In this document: one piece after another, positions 1 to 14,420 of the stretch | Position numbering within the stretch: the first letter of the stretch is position 1 | Layout of the letters: each line of letters begins with the position of its first letter | From: the human T2T-CHM13v2.0 reference genome, Homo sapiens | Length of the DNA stretch: 64,000 nucleotides | Strand: one strand, 5' to 3' | Assembly (NCBI RefSeq): GCF_009914755.1 | Contig: NC_060947.1 | The notes under the pieces: generated by a model | Told to the model about the DNA's origin: nothing | Databases searched by the model: none | Seen by the model: the letters and a program-made list of their open reading frames with translations, nothing else | Made by a program: the position numbers and the translations under genes

Positions 1-68
1 AGGACCTGGGGGGCAAAGAAAAGAGGGATGATATTTATTGCAGCCCCCTTGGAAAGTAGGTGTCTAAT

Positions 69-122
69 CTCTCTCTCGCTCTTTCTCTCTCTCTCTCTCA
101 TACACACACACACACTCACACA
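69..122. repeat. Compound (CT)n-(CA)n microsatellite
   Basis: ctctctctc...tacacacacacacac seen directly. Confidence 0.9.
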
Positions 123-504
123 TAGAGTCAGTCATCAGATTCTGTTGCCTCCTTCTCCAAAACACAGCTGATTCTGTCCATCCCTTTTGTCTTCATCTCT
201 TGCTGCATCATTTTACAGACATTAGCTACCCACATTTAGGGTCAATAATGGCTATCTTCTCCAGGTTGTTATGCGCCATGAATCTAAAATAACTTTTATG
301 TAACCTGAATACATAATCATAATAGTGTCCCTCAGATCTCTAATATGACTCTTTCCTACCTGGCTAAACTCATTTCCTACTTATTCTGACCCACACACTT
401 TGTGCCAGCCAACTTATCTTTATACTGTTTCGATTTTCTGAACACAGACCTTCCTCTCACCTCAAAACCATTTGAAATAGATAAAGCAGCTCTTTTCTCT
501 TGTA

Positions 505-955
505 TACTAAAGATACCTCCAATGATCCCTGCTCCCTGGTTTCTGTACCCTTGTGCAATCCTCTCCCATTCAGTGTAACTTGGACTTACTGAATCCCCTT
601 AAGGACAGACGTGATGAGATGTCAATTCTGCAATTAGATTTTAAATGCTATGGGCTCTGTCTTAGACATTTTTTCAAATAGCTTGCTCTAGAGGAAGTCA
701 GCTGCCATGTCATGTGGCATCCCAAGAGTTGCACATGCAAGGTCCAAGGTTGGCCTGCAACTTTGCAGGTGAGCTTGGAAGTGGATTCCTACCCCATCAC
801 CCACTGAACTTTCAGATGAGATCTCAACCAGCTTGACTGATACCTCAGGAGAGATCCTGAGCCAGAACCACCTGTCTAAGTTGGGGTTGGGCTCCTGACC
901 CATAGAAACTGGGAGATAATCAATGTTGTTCTGCAGCAATACATAACTAAAACAA
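505..955 (+). mobile_element. MaLR solo LTR (MLT1-type), degraded
   Basis: MLT1-like blocks (cctccaatgatccctgctccctgg; cccatagaaactgggagataat; terminal gcagcaatacataactaaaaca). Confidence 0.6.
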
Positions 956-975
956 TGACTTCCTGCTTTTTCTGT

Positions 976-1457
976 CTTTTTTTTTTCAGGGTTTTGCTCT
1001 GTCACACAGGCTGTAGTACCACATGGGTGTCATCATTGAGAAGTATTTATTGAGTGATGATTACTGTTTTTTAATGTTGCATCTTCTTTTATTAATTTAT
1101 GTCTCAACATATTTCATAAGTGAGCCTGGCTGCTTGTGAAATCAATAGCAATGCTTCCGTTAGAAAAAGTGCAGGTACACAAGAAATGACTGGTCAGAAA
1201 TGTGATCTGCAGTGGCACGATCACAGCTCACTGCAGCCTCCTCCTCCCTGGGCTCAGGTGATCCTCCCCCCTCAGCCTCCCAAGTTGCTGAGACTACAAG
1301 TGTGTGCCACCATGCCTGGCTAATTTTTGTACTTTTTGTAGAGATAGGGTCTAGCCTGGGTTCCCCAGGCTGGTCTTGAACTCTTAGGCTCAAGTGACCC
1401 TCCTGCCTTGGCCTCCCAAAGTGCTGGGATTACGGGAAAGAGCCACTACACCTGGCC
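976..1457 (-). mobile_element. Old Alu (AluJ-like) interrupted by a ~190-bp non-Alu insertion (about 1017-1207)
   Basis: Poly-T tail and gctctgtcacacaggctgtag, then Alu resumes at tgcagtggcacgatc (1208) through cctggcc (1457); degenerate TSD tcctgctttttct (961) / tcctgccttgtttct (1458). Confidence 0.85.
1027..1200 (+). repeat. Local direct duplication, copy 1 (copy 2 at 2059-2230)
   Basis: Colinear match, e.g. taatgttgcatctt, ttattaatttatgt, ggctgcttgt, tagaaaaagtgcaggtacac present in both copies. Confidence 0.9.
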
Positions 1458-2058
1458 TCCTGCCTTGTTTCTAAAGACAAAAAATGTGTTGGATTACTAA
1501 TCTCTTTTCCCCAAATCTCACTGCCAAGTTGTCCTCCCTTTGATTTCCTCTCTCCACTGGTAATAACCATAGAATCTGATGGAAAGCTGTCTGTTGCTTA
1601 TAAGTGCACAGGAAATTCTTGATGGCTGGTTTTTGATTAAAGTCCTAATCTGTTAAATCTGAACTCTGGAAATCTTTGCAGAAAGTCCCAGTGAGATTTT
1701 GAAGGAGTGAATACACTTTCCTCAAAGTGAAAATATGCAAAGTTCCTTCTTGGTGTGTGAAACGTTTGATATGCGCAACCTGCTCTGGTAGTTATTTTTA
1801 GATCTTCTCTGTTGTGGAGTGCCTGGGTCTTGTTTTCACTTGTCTTTTGGTGTTTGTGTGTGACTGAATGAGGTCAATTCCAAGGAAGAATAAGGAGTTG
1901 CTGAATATGCTTTAGGGGGCAGTTATGGATATTTAGATTTATTTCTTTTCCCCCCTTTTGTTCTTAAAAAATTGGTTTTTGCTGTTTACTTTCTCTATAC
2001 ATGAGTGTACATCTTATTCCTGTATGTGAAGTTTAGCTATAATATATAGTCAGCATTA

Positions 2059-2230
2059 GTGTCACCATTGAGAAATATTGAGTGAAGAGTACTGTTTTCT
2101 AATGTTGCATCTTGCTTTATTAATTTATGTATCAACGTATTTCAGAAGACAGCATGGCTGCTTGTTAAATCAATAGCAGTGCTTCTGGTAGAAAAAGTGC
2201 AGGTACACAGGAAATGACTCTGGTGAGAAA
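2059..2230 (+). repeat. Local direct duplication, copy 2 (probable donor)
   Basis: Matches 1027-1200 at roughly 85% identity by eye. Confidence 0.9.
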
Positions 2231-2502
2231 GGAGTGCCCTGTTATACCCTTTCCTGAGCTACCTAGGGCAGTCAGTGACACATGAGCATCCCTCTATCAG
2301 GAGACTGTCGAGAGGCCCTGGCCAGAGTAAGGAACGGTGGCCATCAGCATTGAGTTCCACTCCAGATATTGTCAAATGTGTGTATTACCTGCTAAATGGA
2401 TATACTTATGACGATAGTGCAAAGGATTTTCAGCCTTATTATTATGTCATCATAAGTGAACTGCCTGATTCAGATGTGGTTTGAATCAATATGCTCATAT
2501 TG

Positions 2503-2900
2503 GTCAGGATAAATCATGCTATGCTGCAGTAACAAACAAAGCCTGAAATCCCAGTAGCTTTGCTTGTTCTCTCAGGCAAAGTCTAGTTCTCTGTAGGTGC
2601 TGCTTCTTTGTGTGGCTCTGTTCTATTTTTTTTTTCGGGGGGAGCGGGAGCTGTGCTATTTTAACACATGGCCTCTAGGACCATCACATCAAGGGAAGAG
2701 AAAAGGTGGAAGGTAGTTCAGGGTCTTTTTGTTGCTTCAGTCCAGAGGTGACATGTCGTGGCACTGCTACTCAGATCCCACTGGGAGAACTAGTCATATG
2801 ACCTTGCTTAAGTACAAGAGAGCTGGGAAGAGTAGTTTTCCCAAAAAGAGGAAGAGGGAAATGAATGATTTGGTGATACAAATAGCATTGTTTCTACCAC
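2503..2900 (-). mobile_element. MaLR LTR (MLT1J/K-like), degraded
   Basis: tcaggataaatcatgctatgctgcagtaacaaac start; cccactgggagaactagtcatatgacc...gctgggaagagtagt block. Confidence 0.55.
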
Positions 2901-4199
2901 AAAGCTTTAAACGTTTTTCACACTAAAGTAATTGCAAACATGCTTTTGAGATGGGCCAGTTTGGTGTTTTGAGTGACACTTGTGGGGTGTAGTGCATAGG
3001 TGTGCAAAGGTGACTGGAGGGAGTGGTGTCTGGCTGGAGCCCACCTGTTGCTCCTAAGGAGGGTAGTAATCCTTCCAGTTCTTGTGTGCAAGGTTTTATG
3101 CCTTATGTTACAGATTTTCCAATGTTTAAAAGGAAAATGGAAATGCAGATCTTCATGTAAAATCCCCCAATCTTAAAATGTAGTCTTAAATATAGGGAAA
3201 AAAAAGCCAAACAAAATGTGCTTACAGGACTAATTTGTCCTATGTGCTGCCAACGTAAGATTGTAGCTCTTTGTCCTAGGAACTTGGGATCTTGAATGGC
3301 CCTCTATTTATCTGTGGGGTAGAGCAAACCTTGAATTCCTCAGAAGTATCTTGGCTCTGCCTGTGAGCATTCTCTCAGTTCAGGTTCAAGTTGTTCATCC
3401 TCACATTATTCCATACTCAACTGACTGCTGGAGCACTTGGGGCCATACTTAAAGTTCAACACATATTCCCTGCATTCCAGGTCATTGCCAGGCTATGCAA
3501 TCTAGAAACGTTTGGTAAACCACAGATATTGGACATGATTGGAACACAGAATGGATATTGGGGAATTGTTATGAACTTGGAGAGCTAAGCACGGCCTGGA
3601 GCAGGAAGGAACTTGGGTAGGTTTTGAAGGGGATCCTAAGAGCCATAAGGATAAATTGAAGGTGGTGATCAATGTGGGGAGGCAACATGATCAGATCCGC
3701 ATTCTAGACAGGTCATTCTGGGAGCTCTTGGGGTGGAGATGGGAGCTTTCAGCCAACAGGAGCTGACCATCTGTTCTGTGCCCTACCTGAGATGCACATC
3801 CCATCCACGTATGTTCCTTGGGGTCCACTCAAGGGATTTCTTCCTGCCTTTTTCTGGGCTGTGCTCAGAAGAGCAAGTGTCCTTCTGAGAGTAGCCCAAG
3901 TTGTTGGGTTAATGACCTCGAGTGAAGCATGACTCTCTCTTTAAAATGGTAGAGGAAAGTACTTTCTTTTTTTTTTTAATTATTTATTATTATTATTATA
4001 CTTTAAGTTTTAGGGTACATGTGCACAATGTGCAGGTTAGTTACATATGTATACATGTGACGTGCTGGTGCGCTGCACCCACTAACTCGTCATCTAGCAT
4101 TAGGTATATCTCCCAATGCTATCACTCCCCCTTCCCCCCACCCCACAACAGTCCCCAGAGTGTGATGTTCCCCTTCCTGTGTCCATGTGTTCTCATTGT

Positions 4200-8020
<3,821 letters not shown>

Positions 8021-8083
8021 TATGATGTTAGCTGGTTATTTTGCTCGTTAGTTGATGCAGTTTCTTCCTAGTCTCAATGGTCT

Positions 8084-9097
8084 TTACATTTTGGCATGAT
8101 TTTGCAGTGGCTGGTACCGGTTGTTCCTTTCCATGTTTAGCGCTTCCTTCAGGAGCTCTTTTAGGGCAGGCCTGGTGGTGACAAAATCTCTCAGCATTTG
8201 CTTGTCTGTAAAGTATTTTATTTCTCCTTCACTTATGAAGCTTAGTTTGGCTGGATGTGAAATTCTGGGTTGAAAATTCTTTTCTTTAAGAATGTTGAAT
8301 ATTGGCCCCCACTCTCTTCTGGCTTGTAGAGTTTCTGCTGAGAGATCCGCTGTTAGTCTGACGGGTTTCCCTTTGAGGGTAACCCAACCTTTCTATCTGG
8401 CTGCCCTTAACATTTTTTCCTTCATTTCCACTTTGGTGAATCTGACAATTATGTGTCTTGGAGTTGCTCTTCTCGAGGAGTATCTTTGTGGCGTTCTCTG
8501 TATTTCCTGAATCTGAACGTTGGCCTGCCTTGCTAGATTGGGGAAGTTCTCCTGGATAATATCCTGCAGAGTGTTTTCCAACTTGGTTCCATTCTCTCTG
8601 TCACTTTCAGGTACACCAATCAGACGTAGATTTGGTCTTTTCACATAGTCCCATATTTCTTGGAGGCTTTGTTCGTTTCTTTTTATTCTTTTTTCTCTAA
8701 ACTTCCTTTCTCGCTTCATTTCATTCATTTCATCTTCCATTGCTGATACCCTTTCTTCCAGTTGATTGCATCGGCTCCTGAGGCTTCTGCATTCTTCACG
8801 TAGTTCTCTAGCCTTGGCTTTCAGCTCCATCAGGTCCTTTAAGCACTTCTCTCTATTGGTTATTCTAGCTATACATTCTTCTAAATTTTTTTCAAAGTTT
8901 TCAACTTCTTTGCCTTTGGTTTGAATTTCTTCCTGTAGCTCGGAGTAGTTTGATCGTCTGAAGTCTTCTCTCAGCTCGTCAAAGTCATTCTCCATCCAGC
9001 TTTGTTCCGTTGCTGGTGAGGAACTGCGTTCCTTTGGAGGAGGAGAGGCTCTCTGCTTTTTAGAGTTTCCAGTTTTTCTGCTCTGTTTTTTCCCCAT
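8084..9097 (-). pseudogene. L1 ORF1p (RNA-binding chaperone), premature stop after residue 234
   Basis: MGKKQSRKTGNSKKQ...; TAG at 8393-8395 replaces the E of RAAREKG; one-codon deletion near REDF; normal TAA at 8084-8086. Confidence 0.93.
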
Positions 9098-9996
9098 CTT
9101 TGTGGTTTTATCTACTTTTGGTCTTTGATGATGGTGATGTACAGATAGGTTTTTGGTGTGGATGTCCTTTCTGTTTGTTAGTTTTCCTTCTAACAGACAG
9201 GACCCTCAGCTGCAGGTCTGTTGGAGTAACCTGCCGTGTGAGGTGTCAGTGTGCCCCTGCTGGGGGGTGCCTCCCAGTTAGGCTGCTCGGGGGTCAGGGA
9301 CCCACTTGAGGAGGCAGTCTGCCCGTTCTCAGATCTCCAGCTGCGTGCTGGGAGAACCACTGCTCTCTTCAAACTGTCAGACAGGGACACTTAAGTCTGC
9401 AGAGGTTACTGCTGTCTTTTTGTTTGTCTGTGCCCTGCCCCCAGAGGTGGAGCCTACAGAGGCAGGCAGGCCTCCTTGAGCTGTGGTGGGCTCCACCCAG
9501 TTGGAGCTTCCCGGCTGCTTTGTTTACCTAAGCAAGCCTGGGCAATGGCGGGCGCCCCTCCCCCAGCCTCGCTGCCGCCTTGCAGTTTGATCTCAGACTG
9601 CTGTGCTAGCAATCAGCGAGACTCCGTGGGCGTAGGACCCTCCGAGCCAGGTGTGGGATATAGTCTCGTGGTGGGCCGTTTTTTAAGGCCGTCGGAAAAG
9701 CGCAGTATTCAGGTGGGAGTGACCCGATTTTCCAGGTGCCGTCTGTTACTCCTTTCTTTGACTAGGAAAGGGAACTCCCTGACCCCTTGCGCTTCCCGAG
9801 TGAGGCAATGCCTCGCCCTGCTTTGGCTCGCGCACAGTGCGCGTGCACCCACTGACCTGTGTCCACTGTCTGGCACTCCCTAGTGAGATGAACCCGGTAC
9901 CTCAGATGGAAATGCAGAAATCACCCGTCTTCTGCATCGCTCACGCTGGGAGCTGTAGACTGGAGCTGTTCCTATTCGGCCATCTTGGCTCCTCCC
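9098..9996. promoter_or_regulatory. L1 5'UTR: internal sense promoter (YY1 site) and antisense promoter region
   Basis: CpG-retaining 5'UTR; intact YY1 motif AAGATGGCCG on the minus strand at 9977-9986. Confidence 0.75.
9545..9883 (+). CDS. L1 ORF0 (antisense ORF in the L1 5'UTR), open for 112 codons; expression unknown
   Basis: MAGAPPPASLPPCSLISDCCASNQRDSVGVGPSEPG matches the primate ORF0 N-terminus; good Kozak gcaATGG; donor-like sites at 9650/9651 and 9735/9736. Confidence 0.6.
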   Translation: MAGAPPPASLPPCSLISDCCASNQRDSVGVGPSEPGVGYSLVVGRFLRPSEKRSIQVGVTRFSRCRLLLLSLTRKGNSLTPCASRVRQCLALLWLAHSARAPTDLCPLSGTP

Positions 9997-11205
9997 AGAG
10001 GAAAGTACTTTCAAGCTTGCCTGAGGTCTGAGAAGCTGAGCTTTCTGCAGTGGTCTCAGTGGAACCTTTGACCAGAGCATTCGAAGGGTGCCTTTCCTGT
10101 TTCCTTTCTCGGCATTGAAACATCAAGATACGGAATCCAGAAGGGTCACCAGAACCTGGCCCTCTGCAATCTGGACTCGAGGCTGCAGACTTGCTGTTGA
10201 ACTGGGCTGGGCAGGAGGGCAGAGTGGGCACCAGGGCCCACCTTCCTGGGGCCCTGAAAGGGTGGGATGGTGTGTACTGGTCCCCTCACCCAAATGCAGG
10301 TGTGGGAGGAGGACATCCATCATGATGCTACATGGCATTTGCTTCACCACCAGGAGAGAGGTGAGTGAGAGCTGGGCCCGGAGTCGTGCGCCTCGCAGAG
10401 ATCAGAGTGGGCCGACGGTGTCGGAGGAGACTACAGCCCAGGTCGTGCCTCACTAGGAGGCTTCCTCCAGGTGGAGGTGCTGCTGCCTTCTACCACTCCT
10501 GGGGCACACTTGAGGCCCCACTTCCCGGACCTCCTCCCGGGGTCTCAGTGCTAGACTCAGCCTGGGAGACAGGCTGAAGTTCTCAGGCAAATTTTACTCT
10601 ACCAAGGCCACCCTTTTGTAGGTAACCACCAGGAGCATGGACATCTCTGGGCTCAGGCTGGGCATCAGGCGTCCTGACAGTTCCTTTGGTGATCCTGGGG
10701 TGCAGCCGGGGTAGGGAACCCAGTGTCTGGCAGAGTGACCAATACTGGCTGTGTCGTGGGAGCGCCCCTGGCCCACCCTCCCTGCTTGCTCAAGGGTAGT
10801 GGCTGCCAGGCTAGGCCTGTGCTCCCACCACCGCTTCCGTCCCCCAGCTCCCCTGAGTCGCATTCCAAGATCCCCAACATTCCCCTGCTCTGTTCCTATC
10901 GTCCCCAGAAATGTCGAGGTCACTGCTTCAGCTCTGCACCCTGCAGTGTGCTGTGTCCCCAGCTTTCATTTTAGCTTGTCCCCAAGGCTACCAAGTCCCA
11001 GGCCAGCGATCTTCTCTCTCCCTGGCTTTGCTGGGACACGGTTTCCCATTAATGAAGGGTGAGGTGGTTCTTTTCTGAAAATCTGGACCCTTCAGGATTT
11101 TCAGTCTGGGCCCTCCCCAGGGGTGTCTCAAGAGGCTCACAGAGGAGGGGTGTATGCTAGGTAGGTGCCCGTGCCAGGACCACTCTGGAAGATTCCTGAG
11201 GTTGT

Positions 11206-11233
11206 TGCTGTGATCTGCCAGCAGAGGGCGCTG
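11206..11233 (+). promoter_or_regulatory. Strong CTCF motif
   Basis: CCAGCAGAGGGCGC (11218-11231) fits CCASYAGRKGGCRS at every position; upstream TGCTG at 11206-11210. Confidence 0.65.
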
Positions 11234-12399
11234 TATCCCAGCGCAGATGAAGTGGGTAAGAGGGTGGTTTCTTCCCAGTAGGTGGGTGGAGAAGCAGGGC
11301 TGTTCTGACTTTTTGAATTCCTTTGCTGCAAAAAAAATCCTCTTCCCGTGGTGGAGAGGTCAGCAGCTCATAAATGGCATGAGCAAGAGATTCCTTTTCT
11401 ATGCTCACCTCACAAACCCTTTTCTGTAGTTATTTCAAATACACTTGCCCCCAATTTATATAGCAGATGTGTTCTTCGGAAGTTGCCCACATGCTAGATC
11501 GTGTCTCAAGTGCACTCAAGAAACCTCCCTCATTCAAAACAGAAACTGATGTTATCTCTTGTAAAGCAAACTTTAGATTTCTAATTCAAATAACAATTCA
11601 TCCACTCTAAGGCATCACATTCTTGTAAGAAGAGTTTGATAAAGGGGGTTCAGCTGTATAATTTACTTTTGAGGAAGCCTCAACCCCCCTGCTCACCAGG
11701 TTGCAGACTTCTAAGGCTGCATAGCCTCTTGGTGTCACTACAGAGCTGCCCCCAGGGCATGGCTTTCCATGGGCCCTGTGATTGGACGGTGGCCTCTGGA
11801 TAAGGGACTGTCCCTGGGTGGGGACACCTGAAAGTCCCATCCTCATCTAGCGTCTATTTGCTGCAAGCAAGGAAGGGAACCCTGGCCCGTGTGCACCTCC
11901 TACTCATGGGCCCTGGGCGCTTGCGTTAGCTCATCAATCCCCATGAGAAAGGCAGCTGAGTTGTGCGGTTTTACTGATGAGGAATCCAAAGCAGGGTGAG
12001 GTCTAAGAACACATGCCACTTTGATTCCAGGCCCAATTTTGCCTTCAGGCTTCTTTCTCCCAGCCTGTGTCACTTTTTCTCCTATTCTAACGAGTTCATT
12101 TTCTTGCTGATAGCCAAGCGATCAACCCTTTTCTCAGGCCAATGGGAAGGAAATCAAAATGACATTTACATTAGTTCAAATATTGGTCAGTAGTCTGGAA
12201 GCAGGCATGAAAGTGCCTGGCTGGAAACCCACTTTCATGGAACAAAGTGAAATCTAAAACTCTGCTTACTGGAATTAAAGTCTTTTTAAAATCTAGAATT
12301 GTGGTGACCTTGCTCCCTATTATTATCTGTAAACAAGATATAATACAAATACATTTATTTATCATTATTTATATCATTTATATCCCTTGCTCATGCTTA

Positions 12400-12600
12400 C
12401 TGTGTGCTCATTTATTGAGTACCCTGTCCTTGGTACCCCAGTGCACAAACCCAGATACTTGAAGATATTTTATTATTTCCATTTCACAGTTGAGAAAATG
12501 GAAGCAGAGAAGTTAAGTGACCTGCCCAAAGTCATACAGCTAGAAAGGAGCAAAGCTGGGAATTCAATCCAGACTTTGTGGCTCTAACACTGGCACTCTT
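12400..12600 (-). mobile_element. MIR
   Basis: ccatttcacagttgagaaaatggaagcagagaagttaagtgacctgcccaaagtcatacagctag core. Confidence 0.7.
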
Positions 12601-13544
12601 AACTTTTACTCAGGGTCTCCAGCCATCCCCCTGCTTAGGTGTAGTGACAGGCACTCATTCTACTTCTGATGCAGAAACCTCTTGTGCTTGGTTATTTCTC
12701 ATATTTCAAGAAAGAAGAATGCATGGATCTCTAAGAGAATTTAAAGGTTGTGTTCAGCCAGTTGAAAGATGTATAATAGTCTCATTTCATTATGACCCGG
12801 TGGGATACATAAGATAATGAATTGGGGCGTAGAAAGAAAATATTGAACCTATTTATGTTTGTTTCATTTTTGTCCAACATTTCTATTTTTGCACTTATTT
12901 TATAATGTACATATTTGTTTGGTAGTCCATGCATGTCATTTATAAAGAAATCCACAAACTCTGGGGAGGTGAATGCTCAAGCATTTTCTTTGTATGCCAG
13001 TGATGAGATGTTGACTATTGCTTGCTTTATGTTTTATGTATATTTTTATAAGAGTGTAGAAACCACTTTTGAAGAATCCATCTTGTTTTGAAAACATAGT
13101 AAGCCATACGGTTTAAAGGAATCAAGTAGTTCATCTTCTTTTGCAAAGTCAATTATAGATTCCAGATATTTGTTTCGTATGTTTGGGTTTCCATATATTG
13201 TACTGGTTTGGCTAAGAAGGGCACACTTGCACTTTCCACATAGGTTCAGTGCAGTCCACACACATTTATTGAGGGTCCCCTACATGTCAAGCACTGTGTT
13301 AGGTGTATGAGATACAATGACAATGACCTTGGCCCTAGAGGAGTGTGTGACACAGTGGGATAGACAGAGTCATACTTTCAATTGAATGAGATGGATGAGT
13401 TGATATACAGATGTGTGCATATGTTGCTATGGGAGGGCAAGAGGGGCTCTTAGCTTATGCCAGAGCAGTCATGGAAAGCTTTCTGGAGGAGGTGTTGTTT
13501 TGAGCTGAATCCTGAAGGATTAGTCAGAGTAAGAAGATGGCGAA

Positions 13545-13687
13545 GGTCAAGTGCAGTGGTTGGTGCCTATAATCCCAGCTCTTTGGGAGCGTGAGGTGGG
13601 AGGATCACTTGGGGCCAGAAGTTCGAGACCAGTCTGGGCAACAAAGAGAGACCCCGTCTCCAAACAAAAAACAAACAAAAAAAACCC
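13545..13687 (+). mobile_element. Alu left monomer (FLAM-like)
   Basis: gtgcagtggttggtgcctataatcccagc...gaccccgtctcc plus A-rich tail; degenerate TSD aagaagatggcgaa / aagaaggtggggaa. Confidence 0.8.
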
Positions 13688-14319
13688 AAGAAGGTGGGGA
13701 AGGAGTGTCAAGAGGAGGGCACTCAGGGGTGGAACCTCACAGGCAGGGCTGGGAACTGCTAACCTTCCTGTATCCCTGGAGCTTACACATAGGGTGAAGC
13801 AGGGAGTTCTAGCCACAGTGCTGGGCTGGCCGTGACCTCAGGAGGCCTGCTGACATGTGAGGCCACAGGGTGCGGGGAGGTATCCAACACCACAGGCTTT
13901 TATGCAGCAGAACGACATGGTGAAGCTTGCCTATTACCAAAACAATCCCGGTGGCAGTATAGAGGAGAGAATCAGGCAAGCTAAAGATGGGTGCATGGTG
14001 CCCATCCCGTTCTGACACCACTGTAAGAATCTAGGCAGAGGATGATGTGGGCAGGCTCAAGAACAGTAGTATGGAGGAAAGGAATGATGGATTTGAGGAA
14101 GACTGGGGAGTCAAAGTCAGGAAGACAGGTATCTGGGAGGTGAAAGTGAGGGAGAAGTCATGAAGAACAGCTCCACATTTCTTGCTTGGAGAACCAGGAA
14201 GCAGGCAGCAGCAGATGCAGAGGGTGTACATTGGATCTGAGGAGGGGTTGAGGATGGGCGATGCTGTCTAGTTCTAGGATGATGAATATGAGACACCAGC
14301 CTATTAATATGGCGGGTTG

Positions 14320-14420
14320 GTGAGGGGGAGAGAAAGAGAAAGAGGCAGAGAGAAAGAGAGAGAGGAAGGGAGGGAGAGAAGGAAAGAAGGAGAGAGAGAG
14401 GGGGAAAGAGAAGTCAGAGC
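14320..14420. repeat. GA-rich low-complexity tract (a second one at about 14778-14850)
   Basis: Almost pure purine on the + strand. Confidence 0.8.

Noticed and set aside
10013-11430. Many short overlapping ORFs in the GC-rich flank as a gene
   Set aside because: Mostly non-ATG starts, no recognisable domain, expected in GC-rich DNA.
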